DNA from: a virus
Taxonomy: Duplodnaviria > Heunggongvirae > Uroviricota > Caudoviricetes
Virus record (IMG/VR): IMGVR_UViG_2734482547_000016
DNA length: 20,400 bases
Reading direction: 5' to 3' (one strand)
Positions 17,357 through 20,400 of the stretch are shown in pieces. A model generated the notes under the pieces. The model was not told where the DNA came from. It was given only the letters and a program-made list of their open reading frames with translations, and ran no database searches. The position numbers and the translations under genes are program-made. How positions within the stretch are numbered: position 1 is the stretch's first letter; each line of letters opens with the position of its first letter.

Positions 17357-18409
17357 ATGAACGAATTAACTCAACAAGAAAATATTAACTCTAATGTTGC
17401 GGTTTTCAGCCCTCAGTCCCTGGCTGCAATTCAGACATTTTCCCAGGTAATGGCTTCCGGCATGGCTACTGTACCGGAACACCTCCGGGGAAATCCATCA
17501 GACTGCATGGCCATCACCATGCAGGCGATGCAGTGGCAAATGAACCCTTACGCAGTAGCTCAGAAAACTTTCGTTGTGAATGGTGTGCTCGGATATGAAG
17601 CGCAACTGGTTAATGCCGTAATCAGTACTCGTGGGCCGCTAACCGGGCGTATTGAATATGACTGGTTCGGGCCGTGGGAAAAAATTATCGGGAAATTTGA
17701 AATCAGGAAGAGCGACAAAGGGAAAGAATATCGTGTACCTGGCTGGAAGCTGGCCGATGAAAACGGGATCGGTGTTCGTGTCCAGGCAACACTACGCGGC
17801 GAAAGTAAACCACGCGTACTGGAATTACTTCTGGCGCAGGCCAGAACACGTAACTCAACGCTATGGGCCGACGATCCTCGCCAGCAGCTTGCCTATCTAG
17901 CGCTGAAACGCTGGGCGCGCCTTTATTGCCCCGAAGTGATTCTTGGAGTGTACACCAGGGACGAACTGGACGAGCCACAGGAAAAAATCATTAATCCGGT
18001 TCAGGAACATAAAAACACTTCCGCTTGCCGCGCGGAACGTGAAACAACAATTATTGAGCAGGATGCCGGGGAAAACTGGATCGATGCTTTCCGTGAACGT
18101 ATTGAGCAGGCACAAAGCACCGGGGAAACAACAGCACTTCGCCAGGAAGTGGAAGATCATAAAAATACACTTGGCGCTCTCTATACGGAACTTAAAGGAA
18201 AAGTGGTTCAGCGTCATCACCGTCTCAATGCTATTGCCCGTATCGAGAAGATGATAAATGACCTACCTTCTTCAGGTGATCCAGAAGCAGAACAAAAATT
18301 TACTGCTCTGGAAAATACGCTGAATGCTGCCCGGCCACATCTGGGTGAATTATATGAGGCGTATAAAACGACACTGACAGATATGAAACCAGAATATATC
18401 GGCTCCTGA
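17357..18409 (+). CDS. Putative single-strand annealing protein (RecT-like partner of RecE), 350 aa
   Basis: Immediately downstream of recE (11-nt spacing) on the same strand; segment LWADDPRQQLAYLALKRWARLYCPEV resembles the conserved RecT region; length differs from the K-12 RecT I recall. Confidence 0.5.
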   Translation: MNELTQQENINSNVAVFSPQSLAAIQTFSQVMASGMATVPEHLRGNPSDCMAITMQAMQWQMNPYAVAQKTFVVNGVLGYEAQLVNAVISTRGPLTGRIEYDWFGPWEKIIGKFEIRKSDKGKEYRVPGWKLADENGIGVRVQATLRGESKPRVLELLLAQARTRNSTLWADDPRQQLAYLALKRWARLYCPEVILGVYTRDELDEPQEKIINPVQEHKNTSACRAERETTIIEQDAGENWIDAFRERIEQAQSTGETTALRQEVEDHKNTLGALYTELKGKVVQRHHRLNAIARIEKMINDLPSSGDPEAEQKFTALENTLNAARPHLGELYEAYKTTLTDMKPEYIGS

Positions 18410-18472
18410 TATTGACTTTGGCGGTGTAGCCTCACCGCCATCACAAAATTTTATTTTATGAGAGAAAAGACA

Positions 18473-18667
18473 ATGCGGTATGAAAAAGTCAAACCATGCC
18501 CTTTTTGTGGTTGTCCATCAGTAACGGTGAAAGCCATTTCAGGATATTACCGCGCGAAGTGTAACGGATGCGAATCCCGAACCGGCTATGGTGGAAGTGA
18601 AAAAGAAGCACTCGAACGATGGAATAAACGAACCACTGGAAATAATAATGGAGGTGTTCATGTATAA
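18473..18667 (+). CDS. ralR: Restriction alleviation protein RalR (Lar), 64 aa
   Basis: MRYEKVKPCPFCGCPSVTVKAISGYYRAKCNGCESRTGYGGSEKEALERWNKRTTGNNNGGVHV matches Rac Lar as recalled; four-Cys zinc-ribbon pattern. Confidence 0.75.
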   Translation: MRYEKVKPCPFCGCPSVTVKAISGYYRAKCNGCESRTGYGGSEKEALERWNKRTTGNNNGGVHV

Positions 18668-18848
18668 AATTACCGCCACTATTGAAAAGGAAGGTGGCAC
18701 TCCTACTAACTGGACAAGGTACTCAAAAACAAAATTAACCAAATCAGAATGCGAAAAAATGCTCTCAGGTAAAAAAGAAGCAGGCGTTTCCAGAGAGCAG
18801 AAAGTAAAACTGATAAATTTTAATTGCGAGCAACTTCAGTCCTCGTGA
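18648..18848 (+). CDS. Small prophage protein (YdaC-like), about 62-66 aa
   Basis: ORF overlapping the ralR stop with SD GGAGG (alternative ATG at 18660); position corresponds to ydaC in Rac. Confidence 0.45.
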   Translation: MEVFMYKITATIEKEGGTPTNWTRYSKTKLTKSECEKMLSGKKEAGVSREQKVKLINFNCEQLQSS

Positions 18849-18947
18849 ATTGCATTGTATTCAAATTAAAACTTCATAGCTGATTATTAATAATCAACAT
18901 CGGGCGTCAATTTCAGTCTAACATTGGCGCCTGCCAGAGGTGATGCG

Positions 18948-19163
18948 ATGGCACAAGTAATCTTTAATGAAGAGTGGATGGTTGAATACGGCCTGATGCT
19001 TCGCACTGGTCTGGGGGCCAGACAAATTGAAGCATACCGCCAGAACTGTTGGGTGGAAGGCTTCCACTTCAAACGAGTATCTCCTTTAGGGAAGCCAGAC
19101 AGTAAGCGAGGGATTATCTGGTACAACTATCCAAAGATAAATCAGTTTATCAAAGACTCATGA
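18948..19163 (+). CDS. xisR: Excisionase (XisR-like), 71 aa
   Basis: [71 protein letters not shown]; SD AGAGGTGA; stop is 1 nt before the integrase start. Confidence 0.7.
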   Translation: MAQVIFNEEWMVEYGLMLRTGLGARQIEAYRQNCWVEGFHFKRVSPLGKPDSKRGIIWYNYPKINQFIKDS

Positions 19164-19164
19164 T

Positions 19165-20400
19165 ATGTCTAAATTACCAACAGGTGTCGAGATTCGAGGT
19201 AAATACATTCGCATCTGGTTCATGTTTCGAGGAAAACGATGTCGGGAAACATTGAAAGGCTGGGAGGTTACTAACAGTAACATTAAAAAAGCCGGGAATT
19301 TAAGAGCGTTGATAGTTCATGAAATCAATTCCGGTGAATTTGAGTATTTAAGACGTTTCCCCCAGTCCAGCACTGGGGCAAAAATGGTGACAACGAGGGT
19401 CATAAAAACGTTCGGGGAGCTTTGTGATATCTGGACAAAAATTAAAGAGACAGAGTTAACAACAAACACAATGAAGAAAACGAAATCACAATTAAAAACA
19501 CTCAGGATAATAATTTGTGAGAGTACCCCAATATCACATATTCGTTATAGCGATATCTTAAACTACCGGAATGAACTGCTGCATGGAGAAACGCTTTACC
19601 TGGATAATCCAAGATCCAACAAAAAAGGAAGAACCGTGCGCACAGTTGATAACTATATCGCCCTGCTCTGTTCGTTGTTACGTTTTGCGTATCAGTCGGG
19701 ATTTATATCAACCAAACCATTTGAAGGAGTAAAAAAATTACAGCGAAACAGAATAAAGCCTGATCCGTTATCTAAAACAGAATTCAATGCATTAATGGAA
19801 AGTGAAAAAGGACAGAGCCAGAACTTGTGGAAATTTGCCGTTTACTCCGGGCTTCGTCACGGGGAACTGGCTGCTCTGGCGTGGGAGGATGTGGATTTCG
19901 AGAAGGGAATTGTGAATGTCAGAAGAAACCTGACGATACTTGATATGTTCGGTCCCCCAAAAACAAATGCGGGGATTCGGACGGTAACACTACTGCGGCC
20001 TGCTATTGAAGCACTGAAGGAGCAATACAAACTAACCGGGCATCATCGCAAAAGCGAAATCACTTTTTATCATCGGGAGTACGGCAGAACCGAAAAGCAA
20101 AAACTGCATTTTGTTTTCATGCCCAGGGTGTGTAACGGAAAACAGAAACCTTATTACTCGGTAAGCAGTCTGGGGGCGAGATGGAATGCAGCAGTAAAAC
20201 GTGCTGGTATTCGCCGCCGTAATCCGTACCATACGCGGCATACTTTTGCCTGCTGGTTGTTGACGGCAGGAGCGAACCCGGCATTTATAGCCAGCCAGAT
20301 GGGGCATGAAACTGCGCAGATGGTGTATGAAATTTACGGTATGTGGATTGATGACATGAACGACGAACAGGTAGCTATGTTGAATGCGCGGTTATCATAG
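19165..20400 (+). CDS. intR: Tyrosine integrase (lambda Int family), 411 aa
   Basis: C-terminal catalytic region with R...HTRHTFACWLLTAGANPAFIASQMGHE...Y motifs; N-terminal arm-binding-like domain; follows xis; stop at the last 3 nt of the window. Confidence 0.85.
   Translation: MSKLPTGVEIRGKYIRIWFMFRGKRCRETLKGWEVTNSNIKKAGNLRALIVHEINSGEFEYLRRFPQSSTGAKMVTTRVIKTFGELCDIWTKIKETELTTNTMKKTKSQLKTLRIIICESTPISHIRYSDILNYRNELLHGETLYLDNPRSNKKGRTVRTVDNYIALLCSLLRFAYQSGFISTKPFEGVKKLQRNRIKPDPLSKTEFNALMESEKGQSQNLWKFAVYSGLRHGELAALAWEDVDFEKGIVNVRRNLTILDMFGPPKTNAGIRTVTLLRPAIEALKEQYKLTGHHRKSEITFYHREYGRTEKQKLHFVFMPRVCNGKQKPYYSVSSLGARWNAAVKRAGIRRRNPYHTRHTFACWLLTAGANPAFIASQMGHETAQMVYEIYGMWIDDMNDEQVAMLNARLS

Noticed and set aside
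18887-19126. 79-aa minus-strand ORF antisense to xis
   Set aside because: Antisense to the well-supported excisionase gene; no independent support.
1-20400. CRISPR arrays, tRNA/rRNA genes, Shiga-toxin or other classical virulence cargo
   Set aside because: No short direct-repeat/spacer array was seen, no tRNA-like T-arm motifs such as GGTTCGAATCC were found in the intergenic regions, and no large ORFs resembling toxin subunits are present.

Overview
This window reads as the early half of a Rac-like lambdoid prophage from an E. coli-like enterobacterial genome, interrupted at the left edge by an IS1 copy. On the + strand (PL-like direction): small ydaG/ydaF-like ORFs, kilR, a small Cys-rich ORF, racC, a large RecE-family exonuclease, a RecT-like annealing protein, ralR (lar), a ydaC-like ORF, excisionase and a tyrosine integrase ending at the window edge. 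On the - strand (PR-like direction): Cro-like ydaS, ydaT, a ydaU-like replication protein carrying iteron-like palindromes, a DnaC-like helicase loader, two small winged-helix-type proteins, then a compositionally distinct two-gene cargo operon (AAA+ ATPase plus a cytoplasmic S8 subtilase) with its own terminator, then nin-region genes (ybcN-like, ybcO-like) and a Q-like late antiterminator. The ybcO/Q unit appears twice, flanking a 250-nt N run; a second 250-nt N run truncates the ybcN-like gene. The ATPase-protease operon is the strongest candidate for an accessory anti-phage defence system; from memory it resembles the ietAS type, which I cannot verify here. No rRNA, tRNA or CRISPR array was seen. 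All family assignments come from reading the translated ORFs and motifs, not from any search.
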